A program made the translations under genes and the position numbers. The notes below the pieces were generated by a model that was not told where the DNA came from, did not search any database, and was given only the letters and a program-made list of their open reading frames with translations. Positions 1 through 13,710 of a stretch of 64,000 nucleotides of DNA are shown here, in pieces. How positions within the stretch are numbered: the first letter of the stretch is position 1; each line of letters starts with the position of its first letter. The stretch comes from Octopus sinensis (taxonomy: Eukaryota): positions 124,001 to 188,000 of the forward strand of contig NW_021836129.1 of the NCBI RefSeq assembly GCF_006345805.1, written 5' to 3'.

Positions 1-319
1 GTTTGAAATCCTAATAAAACTACGTTCGATTCAAACTGAGGTGTGAACGAGTAAAAGTCCTGTTGATGACACTTGACTGCACTACTCAAAAATATCTGAT
101 ACAGTAAAAAACCTTCAAGGTTGTTATTCAAGATTAAAACAGATTATCTGACACGTAGAATACCGTTCAATATAAGCAACTGACTGGCAGTTCCTAACTG
201 TTTAACGCAGTGCTGATTCTCTCCAAAAATTATGTCCATATTGACGAAAGCTTGAAGTGTAGTCACCCTATCTATGTACTACTGCTATTCAAACAGAGAA
301 TGAAAAAATACAAAATATA

Positions 320-2207
320 TTATTGGGCGTCTCTCCTCATGCGGGAATATATAATACTCGTTAGAAACTCGTGGTTAACCCCATCCAAGTCAGTATTTAG
401 GGGAAGTGAAGAGGGCTCAGTAGACTGTAAGTAGGCTTGCACTAAAAATAGAAAAAGAAGGCAAACTGTCACGAGCATGTTGTTGTATAAATGTTCGAGT
501 TTGTGAAGGGGGAGTCCAACTTGGATTGTTTCTCTGAAATGTAAGAATAAAAGCACCGAAAATGCAAGAAGTGATATTTCGAGTTTATCATGGAGAGTAG
601 TGTGGTCAGGGGGGACATGAAGGAGAGCATAGTCCAGCATATCTTCACCTGCGTGTGTACGGAGAGTATGTTGACAAACAAAATGTACAAGTCGTGGTAT
701 TTGATGTCGAAAAAAAGAAGAGAAGAAATAAGGGGGCAGTAAACGGTGCAGCCACTTGTTGTATCAAATAAATCTTATAAGTGTGAATAAGTACAACTAA
801 ATGTGATTGAAAAAGGAGTGTAAAATGTCGATAAGTGAGGAGTGGTTGTTTTGGTCGGGGGAGAAATGATATAAATGTGCTACCAGATGGGGGATAATGT
901 GGTGTGGATTAGTAGTGGTAGACTAAGATAAGGAGAGAGAAAAAAACCTGTCGACTACTAGCAAAGGCATAAACGGCAGCTGGAATGTAAATAAACAAAA
1001 CAGACTAGTGATGGCAATAGCAGTCACAATTCTGGGGACTTGAAGAATAGTGTCGTGAAGGAGTGTAAGTACAGCAAACAAAAGAAGAACAGCCCCCGCA
1101 AAATAAGTAGCATGTCTTGCCAACACACCCACCAATGGGGAAGAAAAACATTGAATATACTGATTAGCAAAAGGATAGGCCAAAGCAAGTCTTTCCTCCA
1201 ATTCATGATCCAATTCAGAGTAGTTACGAAGGGAATAGTAAGCAATAGGAGTCCAGCGGTGTCGAAATATACTGGAAGGAGCCCTACGAATCATCTAGAC
1301 TAATCAGACAGACATACCTCTGCATATTCGAAGCATACATACAACAGTTGGACAACAAACAAAAATGGGGATAGAACTAAGCCAAACAAGCACATCACCA
1401 CCAGCCGTGTTCTAATTCTGCCATATTAGGGAACGCTACGTTCTCTCCGCATATTCCCTCAGACCCCCCACTCGGTATATCTCTGCTATACTCACCCTCG
1501 TACTGTCCCCTGCACACACGACGGAAATAAGAGCTTAAACAAGTACAATTCCATCAATTTAGTAAAGCAAGGAATAGATTCGAATTCTCTTATTAGTCCT
1601 ACCATAAAATTGGTGTGTCGGACAATCATGCTGTGGCAAACTTACATTATACTTACATTCTTACGTAATTCATCCAGGCCACTGTCCTTGTCTATTAGTC
1701 CTCTCTCAATCCTCTCCCATGCAGTCACGTACAGTTCATTCTACCATCACATCCACTCACTCACTGAATTTATAGACATATCCTTCAATAATCTCCTCAT
1801 ATTCCACAAATGGGGCAGTCTCCATAATAGAATACATATTTTGACAACACAGAATATTCCCACTCCCACCACTACACACATTTCCCCTCTACTACACACT
1901 CTTAGACATGACTCCACTGGTAGGAATATGTCTGATATGTTCCCTTCTTTCATATTCCACCAATCAAAGTCCCACATTTATATACGTACATTACAACACA
2001 CACACAAAACACAATTCGTCTATATTCATTTAGTCTTTAATACATTATATTGAATAGTTCGTCCACTATTATGCACCATATTCCTTTCTTTCGGTAGTAG
2101 TCGTACACTGAGCTTACCAACCAGTCCCTTTCCGTAGTCGAGAAGGTCCCACTATTCGATGTGTTCAACAGAGGTTTCGACAAGTCATCCAGATCCACAT
2201 CGTCCAT
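320..2207 (-). CDS. ATG9: Autophagy protein 9 (multi-exon, tiny introns; at least one apparent frameshift)
   Basis: Manual splicing gives VYDYYRKKGIWCIIVDELFN, HSMIVRHTNFMVGL, LSPFLFVVQLLYVCFEYAE|MIRRAPSSIFRHRWTPIAYYSLRNYSELDHELEERLALAYPFANQYIQCFSSP and KLEISLLAF, matching the ATG9 core (RHFNELEHEL..RL..GY.PA.KY..CF.SP). ATG at 2207; GT-AG introns of about 24 nt (e.g. 1741-1764). One base appears missing near 1972. The 3' end is approximate. Confidence 0.88.
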
Positions 2208-2638
2208 TCAAACCTCAATTTTATTTATTATCACCAACCTAACAAATATATATAAATATATTCTTATAATTATATTAAAAGAGAGGGGTCCTATAACTCG
2301 TACATCTCATTAAAGTTAGGTACCTAATCGACCATGGACAGTCTGTTCTGTTACATCGACTGGCAATGTTGACTGATATTTTTTGTGGTCAATAAATAGA
2401 CGAGACTCCTACGAATTGTCCATGTCAGTTATCTACTCTCTCAGAACTAGATTTGGGCTTCAGAGAAAGAAATCCAGTACATAAATGCGTATGACAAAAC
2501 ATTACACATTTATTGACCAAACAAGGACATTCTTAGTTGATTATTTACTTTAAACTAAATTGTTTGGAAAATCATTTTGAGAAATCAGCGACAAGTTAGT
2601 CTACCCATTTTCATCTTGACAGATAAATAAGTGCAAAG

Positions 2639-3410
2639 TAGTGATGCACCGATAACCATTTTTGGATTTTGCCGATTACCGATTATTGGCCAATTTCACC
2701 GATACCGATTAATCGGCCATTATATTATACATAAAAATATATTTATATGTAATTTATTTTATTGAAAATGTAATTAAATATTTTGTTTAACATGTCGAGG
2801 GTTGTATGGAAATTTTTTGATGTCTCAGACGATAATTCGTTTTTTTGCGTATGTAAATTACGCGATATTTTAATATCAAAAGGAGGACGAACGCGAAAGA
2901 CATTTACAACATCTAATATGATAAATCATCTTAGGGTTTATCATAGTGGACAATTAGCTGAAGAACAAATTGTGTTACAGAAAAAACGAAAAATTACCAA
3001 CATTGCTATTTGACGGAACTTCAAAATTATTTAGAGCTAGATTTAATACCACGAACTGATAATATATTTACGTGGTGGAAGAACTTCACGAATATATTTC
3101 CCCGCTTAAGTAAAATGGCGTTAAATATTTAACAGCTCCTGCTTCGTCTGTAGAAAGCGAAAGTTTTCAGCACTGGAGGAAATATATATCAACCGAAAAG
3201 AAATAGACTTTTGCCAGAGAATGGAGAAATGATGATGTACCTTCAATATAATTTAAAAACATTAGACTTTAATTATTGATTCTTTTAAAAAAATTTTGTT
3301 TTTTTAACGTTTTGTTGTATACAATTGTATTTCGGAAAATAATTACATTACCGATTAATCGGCCGATATGCCGATTACCGATTATCGGCCGATTAATCGG
3401 TGCACCTCTA
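2639..3410 (+). mobile_element. Internally deleted hAT DNA transposon
   Basis: 8-bp TSD GTGCAAAG (2631-2638, 3411-3418); TIRs TAGTGATGCACCGAT / ATCGGTGCACCTCTA; subterminal CCGAT repeats; BED-finger remnant (VWKFF..C..C..TSNMINHL..H) and hAT dimerisation remnant (WW..FP.L..MA...APASSVESE..FS). Confidence 0.92.
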
Positions 3411-3425
3411 GTGCAAAGTAATATA

Positions 3426-6307
3426 CACCCCTCGACATTAAAATCCGGACAATTAATAAATCGTCATTTTTATCATCAAATTTAGAAAAAAACCTTTGAG
3501 CATAATATTTTTTTTTCTATATTTGTATATTTAAAAAAATATATTTACAAAAGTTTTATAAAACGATATTTAAAAGCATAAAACGTGTTTTCAGTGGCGT
3601 AAATTCCGGATACTTTTGCTATTATAGTTTAAAAGAGCTAATTTTTTTTAAATATTTTAGAAAAAATTAATGGATTCTTTTTGTAAAGGACAAATTATTT
3701 TTATTACCAGCAAAATTTTTCTTATAGGAGAATTTCTAATATCCTCGGAGTTCCGAAATCGACCGTTTTCGATGTTATTCGAAAATACATAACTCAGGAA
3801 CCATTTATAGAAAAAGTGGGTCTGGACGACCAACATTACTCAATACAAACAAAATCAAAATGTTAGTGGAACTTTCTGAAGCCAATAGTGAAAATCTGCT
3901 AAAGACCTCGCTCTAGAATGGAAACCATCACTCAAAAGTAATTTCCCCCGAACAATTACTCGCAATTTAAATAAGAATGTTTTATTTGGAAGAGTAGCAA
4001 AGAAAAAACCGTTATTAAGTAAAAAAACATACTCAAAAATATGAAATATCGAAAATATTCGTTGGTATATACAGTAGACTATTCATTTAACGAAAATGAA
4101 AATTGAGCATTCGTTAAATGAATTTAACGAAAAAAATTGTTTAGTTAAAAATGTGTCATGTAATCGGTAATTTTAGGTTCCTTCTTTTTAATTTTTGCCA
4201 ATATATTTCTCAAATTTGTAATTAGGTGAATATGTTCGCCAGATTCTTGCAAAAAATATTTTTCAATATTTTCCAAATATTTAAGTGCATCTGCATAACC
4301 AATGGGATTGTCATTTGTGTTATCTATTTCTTCATGCTCATTTTCTTCCTCACATTGTATTGTATCAAGATACGCGTTTTCTTCGCAGACGACAGGTGCA
4401 CAAACAGGAAACTCAATCATAATTTCACTTTTATTATCTTTAATTGTAAGGTGATTTAAATTTAATACCTTTTTCGTCAGTGGATTCTTCAAGTATTTTT
4501 TCATCTATCTTCGCCCAATTATTTAATGCCTTGTTAAAGCAATTTTTGATAGTGTCCACTGTGACTTCGTTCCAAGTCTCAATAATTAAAGGTAGACCAT
4601 TCACTAATTTGAATTTGGTAAGTTCATCTGGATATGACAATGTTCCTATATTTGTTCCCATACTCAAATTTCTAGTCATTCCTTTTTTATACAACGATTT
4701 AAATGAATGCACAATCCCTTGATCAATTGGTTGAATCTTAGATGTTGTCTTTGGAGGAAGAAAATACAATTCGATATTACTGAATTCGCCATCAAAATAG
4801 TGAACTGGCGCATTATCTAAAAGAAGCAAAATCTTTCTATTTTCCACACTCATTTTGGAATTTAACCGTTCAACCCAGTTTTTAAAAATTAAACTGGTCA
4901 TCCAAGATTTATTGCTATTTGCATATTGAATCCCAAGATTATTCATATTAATATTTTTAAAACCAGGAGGATTTTTTAATTTTCCGATTACCAACGGATG
5001 ATCTTTATCTCCTTCCATATTTGTGCATAATAACAGTGTTATTCGTTTTTTAGAAAATTTTCCTGAAGCCCTTGATTCGGAGTCAAGAACTAATGTTTTT
5101 TTTGGAGTACATTTTAAAAAAGGGCAGTTTCATCGCAGTTGTAAAAATTTTTCGATCCATATTTTTTAACATGGCTGCAAAGCGTTCATATGAATCTATA
5201 AGCAAAACGGGATCCACTAATTGTTCTTCTCCAGAAATCGTGATTGTTTTTATTTTATACTCTTCCTTAAAGCGTGAAATCCATGGGTGAGATGCTTTGA
5301 AATTTTCAATATAAAATCGTTGAGCAATTTTGAGTGCCATTTCGCGTACCATTTCATTAGTTATGGTGTGATTACAGAAACGTTTGTTCTAAATCCATGC
5401 ATATAGTGGTTCATATATCTTATCAGTACAACTTTTAAATGTAATATTCTTTTTTTGTTTGTGACGTCTTGATCCATACAATTGCATTTTCTTCAACGTT
5501 GAATTGATCACTCCAATAGGCATATTAAACCGCTGAGCCAAATTTTCTTGAGTAACAGCAGGATTATTCTTCTTGAAATCAATAACTTCCAGTTTTTGTT
5601 GGATTTGATAAGTTTTTCTTTTTTTCTTCATATTGTTCACCCTTGCACACATGGTTTACTACAAAGAAATAGCGAGGAAAAATTATTTTAAAATTTTATC
5701 AAAAATTTTAATTTTCGTTATTTAAATATTCGTTAAATATATTTAAATATTCACTAATACAAAGAAAAAAAAATTTTATTTTTGAATTTATCTAAGGAAA
5801 AACGTAAAAAAATATTTTGACTTTCGTAAAATGAATATTTTCGTTAAATTTTTTTTCGTTAAATAAATAGTCTACTGTATGATGAAGGATGGAGATCAGT
5901 AATTTTTTCATACGAGTGTACTTTTGAAGTTTATTATGCACCATAAAGACAAATAATATACCGAAAAAGGGGAAATGAATTAACAAATTCAAATTATCAC
6001 CCAACTGTTAAGTGTGGTGGCGGCAAAATTATGGTCTGGGGATGCTTTTCATATTTTGGAATGGGTTCGTTATGTTTCATCGATGAAAAAATAAACTCAG
6101 GACAATATATAAACATTCTTGCTAACAATCTGAAAAAATCAGCCATTCAAATGGGATTAAATAGCTTCATATTCCAACAAGACAATGCTCCATGTCATAT
6201 TCGAAAGCAATAAAGGAGTATTTTTCTGCAAACAAGTTTTTAATTTAATAAAATTGATAATAAAAATGACGATTTATTAACTGTACGGATTTTAATGTCG
6301 AGGGGTG
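3426..6307 (+). mobile_element. Degenerate Tc1 element interrupted by a nested pogo element
   Basis: TA TSDs; TIRs CACCCCTCGACATTAAAATCCG / CGGATTTTAATGTCGAGGGGTG; transposase fragments (GRVAKKKPLL; MVWGCFSY..FIFQQDNAPCH at 6031-6213). Confidence 0.92.
4072..5877 (-). mobile_element. pogo/Tigger-family transposon (DD30D), frameshifted
   Basis: TA TSD; about 25-bp TIRs CAGTAGACTATT(C/T)ATTTAACGAAAA; ORF pieces 5389-5652 (HTH), 5083-5352 (FKASHPWISRFK), 4440-5018 (SWMTS, LLLDNAPVH, IQPIDQGI) and acidic C-terminus 4145-4504. Confidence 0.93.
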
Positions 6308-7635
6308 TACATTAACAAATACAGTTTGAAAAATATATCAATTAAATGTCTAACCAATGAATTATTCACAATAAAATATTAGCTTTAATTATAATGATTT
6401 CAATGTCATACTTTTTATTCACTTAGTGATCGAAAACGATTGTGACTTGACAGTTTTTGAAGGATTGCTTAATTTAAATAAGATTTTTAATAAATTAATT
6501 TCAATGGAGAATCGAATATCTTCAATAATAAAAGAGTTTGTAGGAAATAAAAAAATCAAATTGAGTCAAATTCAAATTTGGAGAGAAATCCTTAAAACAA
6601 TTCTTTTCAATACAAAAGAAGAAACAACAATCCTTTACAACTATTATGATTAATTTTGTTTTTTTCCGTTTTTAAAGTAGAAATTTTTGCAGAATTTTTA
6701 ATTTCATTAACTAATAAACTGAAATTAAGAAGCCGTGAAGACAAGTAAAACGACCGAAAACAGTCCTTCTGGTCAAAAACTTTGAAATGAGAGGAATATA
6801 ATTTGAAAAAATTAGAAACAGATTAGAGGAATAAAATCGGAAAATATCACAAAAATGACGAAATTTCAGATAATTAAATCACTGAAAGAAACTTCATCAC
6901 AAAATATTCCTTCTGAATCCAATTTAATACAAAAAATAAAGCAAAGCTAATTAATTTAGAGTACAACAAACTAAATAAAACGTGTCTAAAAATCTATTAG
7001 GTTTGTCATTAAAAATCAAGATAATTAAACAATAATTAATAAAAATAGTTTATAATTATTATTGAAATAATTATCTGTATCTTTTATTTAGATTTTTCTA
7101 ATCGGTCCATAAAAAGTACATCTAATTAAATTTTGTAAGTTCATTTTTTACTAATCATAAATAAAACCATACTCCCTATGGCCAGTCTAGCTCCACCTTC
7201 CCTTTAGAATGTTTTCGTAGAGCTAACTACTCATATTATGGCATAACTACTCATAACAAGCCTTCGTAGTCTGATTATTATTTCTGTCAACTGCATATTA
7301 ATCCACATATTCCAAATACTGACATGAATAGTTGTTAATGACATGTGATGAATCGGCTTATCAGGTACGGAGAGAGAAACGTGATTTTCTCGTTCGAATA
7401 AACTGGAATAAAAAATAACGGTCGTTTTCTGAATGATTTATAAATTTCGTTAATGAAACTGTCGTAAAGTCAATCGAAGTGACGAGTACACGACTTATTC
7501 TGATAAAAAGAAAATCCCAAAACTTCCAATTATATTCAATCTATCCATTTGATGCAGATTAAGATGAATATACATTTCTACTAGCAAATTTACATACCTT
7601 AGTTCGACCAGTCACTTTGCTTGACCCCAAAGACA

Positions 7636-9270
7636 TCAGAATGGCCATATTTCTATAAAAGATAAGCTGATTAAGCTTGGACTATTACTTTCACTCTCCG
7701 AACATGGATGAAACGTCAACTTCAACATCAAATAGTTTGCCAACCATTGACAATCCTCACATGTCGATGACCTCTCAAGGCTAATCCGTCCACTGAAAAC
7801 CTGAGTTCGGAGAGTATAAGCCTTCCCTACCATTGAGGGACAAAAAACAACACAATCGCCTCCTTAGTCATGTTACTCGATCGTAGTAGTGGGCAGCCTG
7901 TGAATTCCACCTTCTCCAATTGGTTATTAAACACACAATCAATGATTAAAGTGGCTATTTGATATTCTCGAATGCTGTTAGTGTTTTTAGTGCAGTCTAC
8001 CATTGTCCTGGCTATATTCACCACACTACACTGCTGTGTTGTACCCGTCTCTAATGAACCGACAACACCCCTCCATCTGATATCCCTCCTTGTCATTTGG
8101 ATATTCTGGGTCACTCATGCTGGGTAGGAAATCACCGACAAAATAAACCTAATCAATCCAAATAGAAGTAAGAGAGATAAGTCAAACAGGATAACCAGTC
8201 AAATGATCAGGACAAATCAACAAAACTCGCTGAATAGGAGGCAGACGTGTATAAAAGAAAAGGGGCGGCTAGCAGATCATACCATCAGACTGGGGAGGAC
8301 ATGTGGGGACACTCCCGTGGCTTGATGGGGGTAGCATTATGTTAACAATGGATGCCTGGCATGACGGGTAGCACTCTCTGTGAGGTCACCATTTATTTGT
8401 ACACATATTTGTCACAAGCAATAATATTTCCGGCTTGTGAGCCTTACAGTCTGCACTCAGAGTGTTCCGGCGATCACTACAGGCGCGATATGTCTGCAAA
8501 ATGACTGCCATGTCTCCTTCCCAGCCCCCCAATACTCCAAAGACACTCTCCAGTGGCCCACTAGCTCACCATTGTTCGTAAACGTGAGCATCACACCACT
8601 AGCTTTATTTATTTTATTAAATTTAAAAATATTTTAAGGTTTTAAGGTTTTAAAATAAACATATATGATAGTTATAATATTACTATCAATTTCAACTACC
8701 AAATACAAGTTTGTGCAAATGCGGAAATGACCATCCTTGAGGACCTGAGGTGTTGGAAGACAGTCAAATATTCGGAGGAAATTCAGCCCAAGAAAATTCA
8801 ACCCAACTGTAGAATATACCAAGTGCACCCTCTTTTTGAGTGTGTCACTCAATTAGGACGAGTAGTTTATAACCAGACTGGTGATGGGCACACGGCAGGG
8901 ATATGTGGTGGTCGACACACGCAGGCAATCTACTCCCACTCAGCATCTAATGTGTACTTCGCGGATGAGGGGTTGCCTAATAGTGGGGAGATGAAATGTG
9001 GGTATCCGACATCGTGGGTGAGGACGAGTGGGGGCAAGATATACCAGTCGAGAGAGTGTTTCTCTCTATGTTTGTGTTGTGTGGTGACAGGTAGGGAAGA
9101 CCATTCAGTTGTCCTACCCATTGTGGACATATCTGTGGGGACAGTTGGTGTGCGCGGAGGAACAGATTTGACGTGTTGTACATGCAGATATTGAATATCC
9201 CTAGAAGATTGTGAGTGCACGGTCGACGGTAGTTAGTCGTTGTAAAAGGGCGAGTGAGCATACTCCACTC
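7636..9270 (-). pseudogene. Degenerate coding-like region, probable multi-pass membrane protein (faint mucolipin/TRPML-like motifs), copy 1
   Basis: Higher-GC island conserved at 36871-38262. Broken frames contain hydrophobic segments and VMLTFTNNGELVGHWRVSLE, reminiscent of TRPML1 VLITFDNKAHSGRIPISLE. Many stops and indels. Confidence 0.35.
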
Positions 9271-10559
9271 CCTACAGGCTAATGGACTGTTAGTGGATTA
9301 GACCGGCCAATATGACTATATATTTTGTTGTTTTCCCATTTACTTATTATTTAAATAGACTAACAAATAGGCATGTTCGGAATAGTGGTTAATCAACAAA
9401 ATACAAGTTTTGTAGACAACTAGGTTCAGTTCATTAACACGGAGTTAGTTTGTGTTTTAATCCAAGATTTGCATATTTGGTGACCCCCCTAATTGCCTAC
9501 CAGACTGTACTACATCAAAGACATTGAAATGGCACGTGCATTCCCTGGCTTATAAAGGAATGAGTTAGGAGTGGTAGAACTGCTGGAATAATATACAAAC
9601 ATGTTGTGGATACAACCCTTTTCTTGCTCTCTCTCCTTCTCCCACCCGACCTCCCCTATGAGGTCACTACGTGGTTCGGGGAGCCAGTCAAAGTCCTCAT
9701 TCTCACTCCTCAAGTCTTTATTATCCATGAAAGCGGGAAATTCATTTTGTTGAAAAGCACAGCCAAACTCTCATTTCATTCTTTAAGGTCACTCCGAGTG
9801 TATATTCCCAGAATTCATGTGTTGTTGCTCTTTGTGGGTTTAAGAACGGGAATAAATTGACAGAACAAGTGATAAATATCTTGACATTAATCGTTATTAT
9901 ATCCTGAAAATTGAATGTCGCCGTAATAAAAACGGGAACTTATTCTATTAAAATATTTCAATATTTTACAACATATTTGTTCAACATTTCTTCATACCCT
10001 AGAATAAACGTTTCTTATCTGCATTCTCCGTTTGTGAACAGCTTATTCTCTATTCATGATCTACTAAGCTTTCAAATGTACTCATTATTTCTACAATAAA
10101 AAGAAAAAAACGCCCAATCCTTTAATCACGTATATCTAAAGCCATTATAAGAAATTTGAAAAGCCAAATGTTACCGACCAAGTCATCAAACTTTTACTAG
10201 GTTAGAAAACTAAATAAACAAAATTCGTAGATCAGAATCAAAATTTGTGAACCCTTATCTAATACTAGCTTGGTTCATGTTGACGAACAATGTTGAATTT
10301 CATTGTAATTGACAAGATAGGCATGAACACATCTTTCTATCGAAATAAATTGAACTGATCTCTAATAATACAAAATTTTCTCACGAAGTTTTTCTTCATA
10401 TTTTTCATCTCAATAAAAGTCTTAAAAATTTCAAAATTTTCTTTAACATAAACTGCAAATCCAGCACAGATAGCATTTCATTTAAGGTGCAAAAAAAGTG
10501 GAGACAAAAGAACAAAATTACTTTGGATTTCGCACACGCGTATTCTTTAATGTTTGAAA

Positions 10560-11130
10560 TTAGTAACAATAATAGTTGAATAACTAGTATGCAGTCATCG
10601 TTTTCAGAGTGGTTTGTTAGATTGTGCTAAATTTAGTCACGACTATTTCCAAAAGGATCGGCTTAAAAATCGTCTCACTCGTTTTCTAATCAAAGTCAGG
10701 ATAAGTATTCGTCAAATCAATCAATAAAAATTGATTTAAACTTGTCTAATTTCTCGGAGATAGAAAAGTTAGTCTTTTCAGCTTTCCAAGATTTAGGGAT
10801 TATAAAATTCCAGTTTCAGGAACATTGTTTAATAATATTGTGTTAAAAATTACCCAAGAACTCCACTTGAACTCGTTTAAAGCATCGAATGAATGATTGG
10901 ACCGTTTTGAAAAAAGGTATGAAATATTAACAAAACTATTCATGGAGATGCCAGAATCGTCTGACAGGTCATTGTTTCCTTTCTTTTTTGACTAATATGA
11001 TTATTATTTCGAACTTATGAACCTACGAACGTGTTTAATTGTGACGAAACGGCATTGTATTTCGAACTTTTTATTTCGAAATCACTTGTTAGCTTCAGTT
11101 ATACATGTCGTGTGATCAAAAAAGTAAAGA
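10560..11130 (+). mobile_element. pogo/Tigger transposase remnant
   Basis: FKASNE*LDRFEKRY and NCDETALYF-like motifs in broken frames; paralogous to 40203-40490. Confidence 0.65.
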
Positions 11131-12899
11131 AAATTTCCTAGTTTTTGGAATGAGATAACCTCGATGTTATAATGGTTCCACCTTATTTAGTCGAGAAAAG
11201 ATTTAGCCAATTAAAAAATATTCTAACTATGGAGAGAAACACAAAATTATCCGAATCTTTTGAATTTGAGAATAAAAAACAATTTTACCTGAAAATGGAT
11301 TCAGGCTGATTTTTTATTTTTGATTAGGCAGAATTAAAAAATTTAACAATTGAGGTAACTGGTGTTCCTGATCAAAAAGTAGGCTGAACACAATTATGAC
11401 CATTTTGGAAGATACAGACTATACAGTCTTTTAAAGAAAATGTACAACCTAAAGAGAAAAGAAATTCAAGAATATATAAAGAAGTTTGTTTTTTGTCAAG
11501 TCAAAAGATGCATGGCTACTAAACCTCCAACAAAATTGGCGATTGTTTTTTGCTTCGTCATGACCGATATAAACGTTCAAAATAGAAAATGCACTTTATA
11601 TGAACAATTGAATGTAACTAAGTACTTTGTTATTTATGGACTGGCAAGAATTTCACAATACAAGGAGATTGTCGCAATATAGAAAATTTGCATTTCTCAT
11701 GATTAAAAAAACTAAAATCTTAATTTTAAAAAATTTTCTTAAAATTAGAAAAGCTGACAACTTGATTTTCAAAAATAAGTTTTGGGTTAGGTTAGGTGTC
11801 TGTTTAGGGGTTATTAAACTTGTGTTAACTTTTTCATATTTTCTTCCTAAAAAAAATTTTTAGGGGTTAAGGTCAATGGAAAAATATCTACCTGAAACAA
11901 TCGCATTGTGGACATAACATCACGAGAACATGTGGCTAAAAGATACTTTACTGTAAAACAACGAATAAAATATTCATTCAAAATTTAAGGTAAGGTAACT
12001 CAGATTATTCTAAATTGCAGATAAGGATTCAAAAGAACTGTGTTACCAATCTCTCATTTGCACTCAAGAAATTCGAAAGACAATACTGACAAGTTTGTAC
12101 AATAGCTGAAATTCTCTTGTATCATATGGTAAAAGTTCAAATGGACGATGGAACCACGAAGAAAATACTTATGAAAATAATTAAAAAAAATAAATAACAT
12201 AAATTGTCTTAATTGCTTGCTAATAAAAAATCCGAATAAACAGAGACGAATTTATAAATCGACGATACCATGATTATTTGATGCTTAAAACAATAAACTT
12301 AAATTTCCTTCCAAAATGTACAGATAGAACATTCAAAAAGACAGAATTTGCAAATAAAATACATTTCTGATATAAAAATAAATGTCTGTCTTAAGTAAAT
12401 TTCTGCGTCTTAATGATTTGTGAAGCATTTTGATTTTTTCTTATTTGTAAAAAATATCAATTAAAATCTTAAAATATTTTTTATTAAGAAATTTTTTTAA
12501 AAAACATAATACTTTCAAACCCTTATGTAAACGAGAATTTTTTTATATTGAAAAGATAGATTATTTGTTAGGTTGTTAAAGAATGCAATATCTGAAAATT
12601 CTCAGTTCCACTAGAACAATATGATAATTCAACAGAGATAAATTCGAATTCACCTTCCCAAAAGTTAACTTGGGTTCTCCGTAATATACAGAATGAACAG
12701 AACGTTGAGAGTGTATGTGTCAAAATATGAATTAAATTTAAAATTACTTAAAAGGTTCGAATTCAAAAGGATTATGGAACGAATCCTTCATTAAGATAAA
12801 CCAGGTCCGAACATCCATTTGATTGGTTTACCAGTAGTCAATTTAATTAATCTTCAAAAAAACAAAGGTGCCTTTCTAAACAAGGGTCTGGTTCAAACT

Positions 12900-13710
12900 A
12901 TTGATTTATAGTTCATTTAATTTAAATTTTGGTTTACTTTGCATACAAAGAACTCTTTCACATCTTCTAAAGTGTTTGTATGGCGATAATACAATAAGTT
13001 GTGCTTTTTTGCTCTATAGTTTGATAGATTTCTATTCTTTTTTTTCATTTGATTTTGATTAATTAATAAATCATTTTTTTTAAACATTTTTTTTGAAATA
13101 ATCAGTCAATTTCAAATTTTTCTTATTTCTTAAATCTTTTCCAAGTTAAATCTAAACTCATAATATTTTTGGAGTGTCTCAAAAGTTGTATTTTCACCAC
13201 ATTTTCCAACTTATCGATCATTTCTAATATCGTTGTTTTGTCCTCTGTCCCAATTCACTATAAAATTCGCGACTTTTGACTAGATCTTCATTTTCTTCAG
13301 ATATTACTTCAGCTATTATTTCTTACAGGACTTCTTCCCGGAAATTTTATCTTCAACTAATTATTCTCTATTTTCCTCCATTTTCTTTCAACAATTAATT
13401 ATTGTTGTTTCTTTAACTTCCATCCACGCTTTTTTAATAAGTACCATAATCTTTCGCTTATCTATATTTTTCAAAGATTTAGGATTAATTGTTGTATCTT
13501 CTTTCAAATTGAACATAAAATATATTAGGATGTTTGTGTAATATACAGTAAACCAAAATAAAAAACGAACACTACATTTTGTACTTTAAAACATTTTATT
13601 ATAGCCATGTCTAGAGGTTGAATCAAAAATGTTGTATTTTTAGGAAGAAATTGTCCCAAAAAGCGAAGGTTCCCAAGGCGGGGTTTTTGTTGGGGCGGGG
13701 TTCGACTGTA
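12900..13710 (-). mobile_element. Deleted pogo-family element
   Basis: Terminus TA|CAGTCGAACCCCGCC at about 13710; FLPKNTTFLIQPLDMAIIKCFK motif; paralog at 45200-46007. Left end approximate. Confidence 0.7.

Noticed and set aside
1700-1770. In-frame TGA/TAG in ATG9 as stop-codon reassignment
   Set aside because: They lie inside a 24-nt GT-AG intron whose removal restores the frame.
1040-2053. Plus-strand ORFs 1040-1303 and 1610-2053
   Set aside because: Antisense shadows of ATG9 exons.
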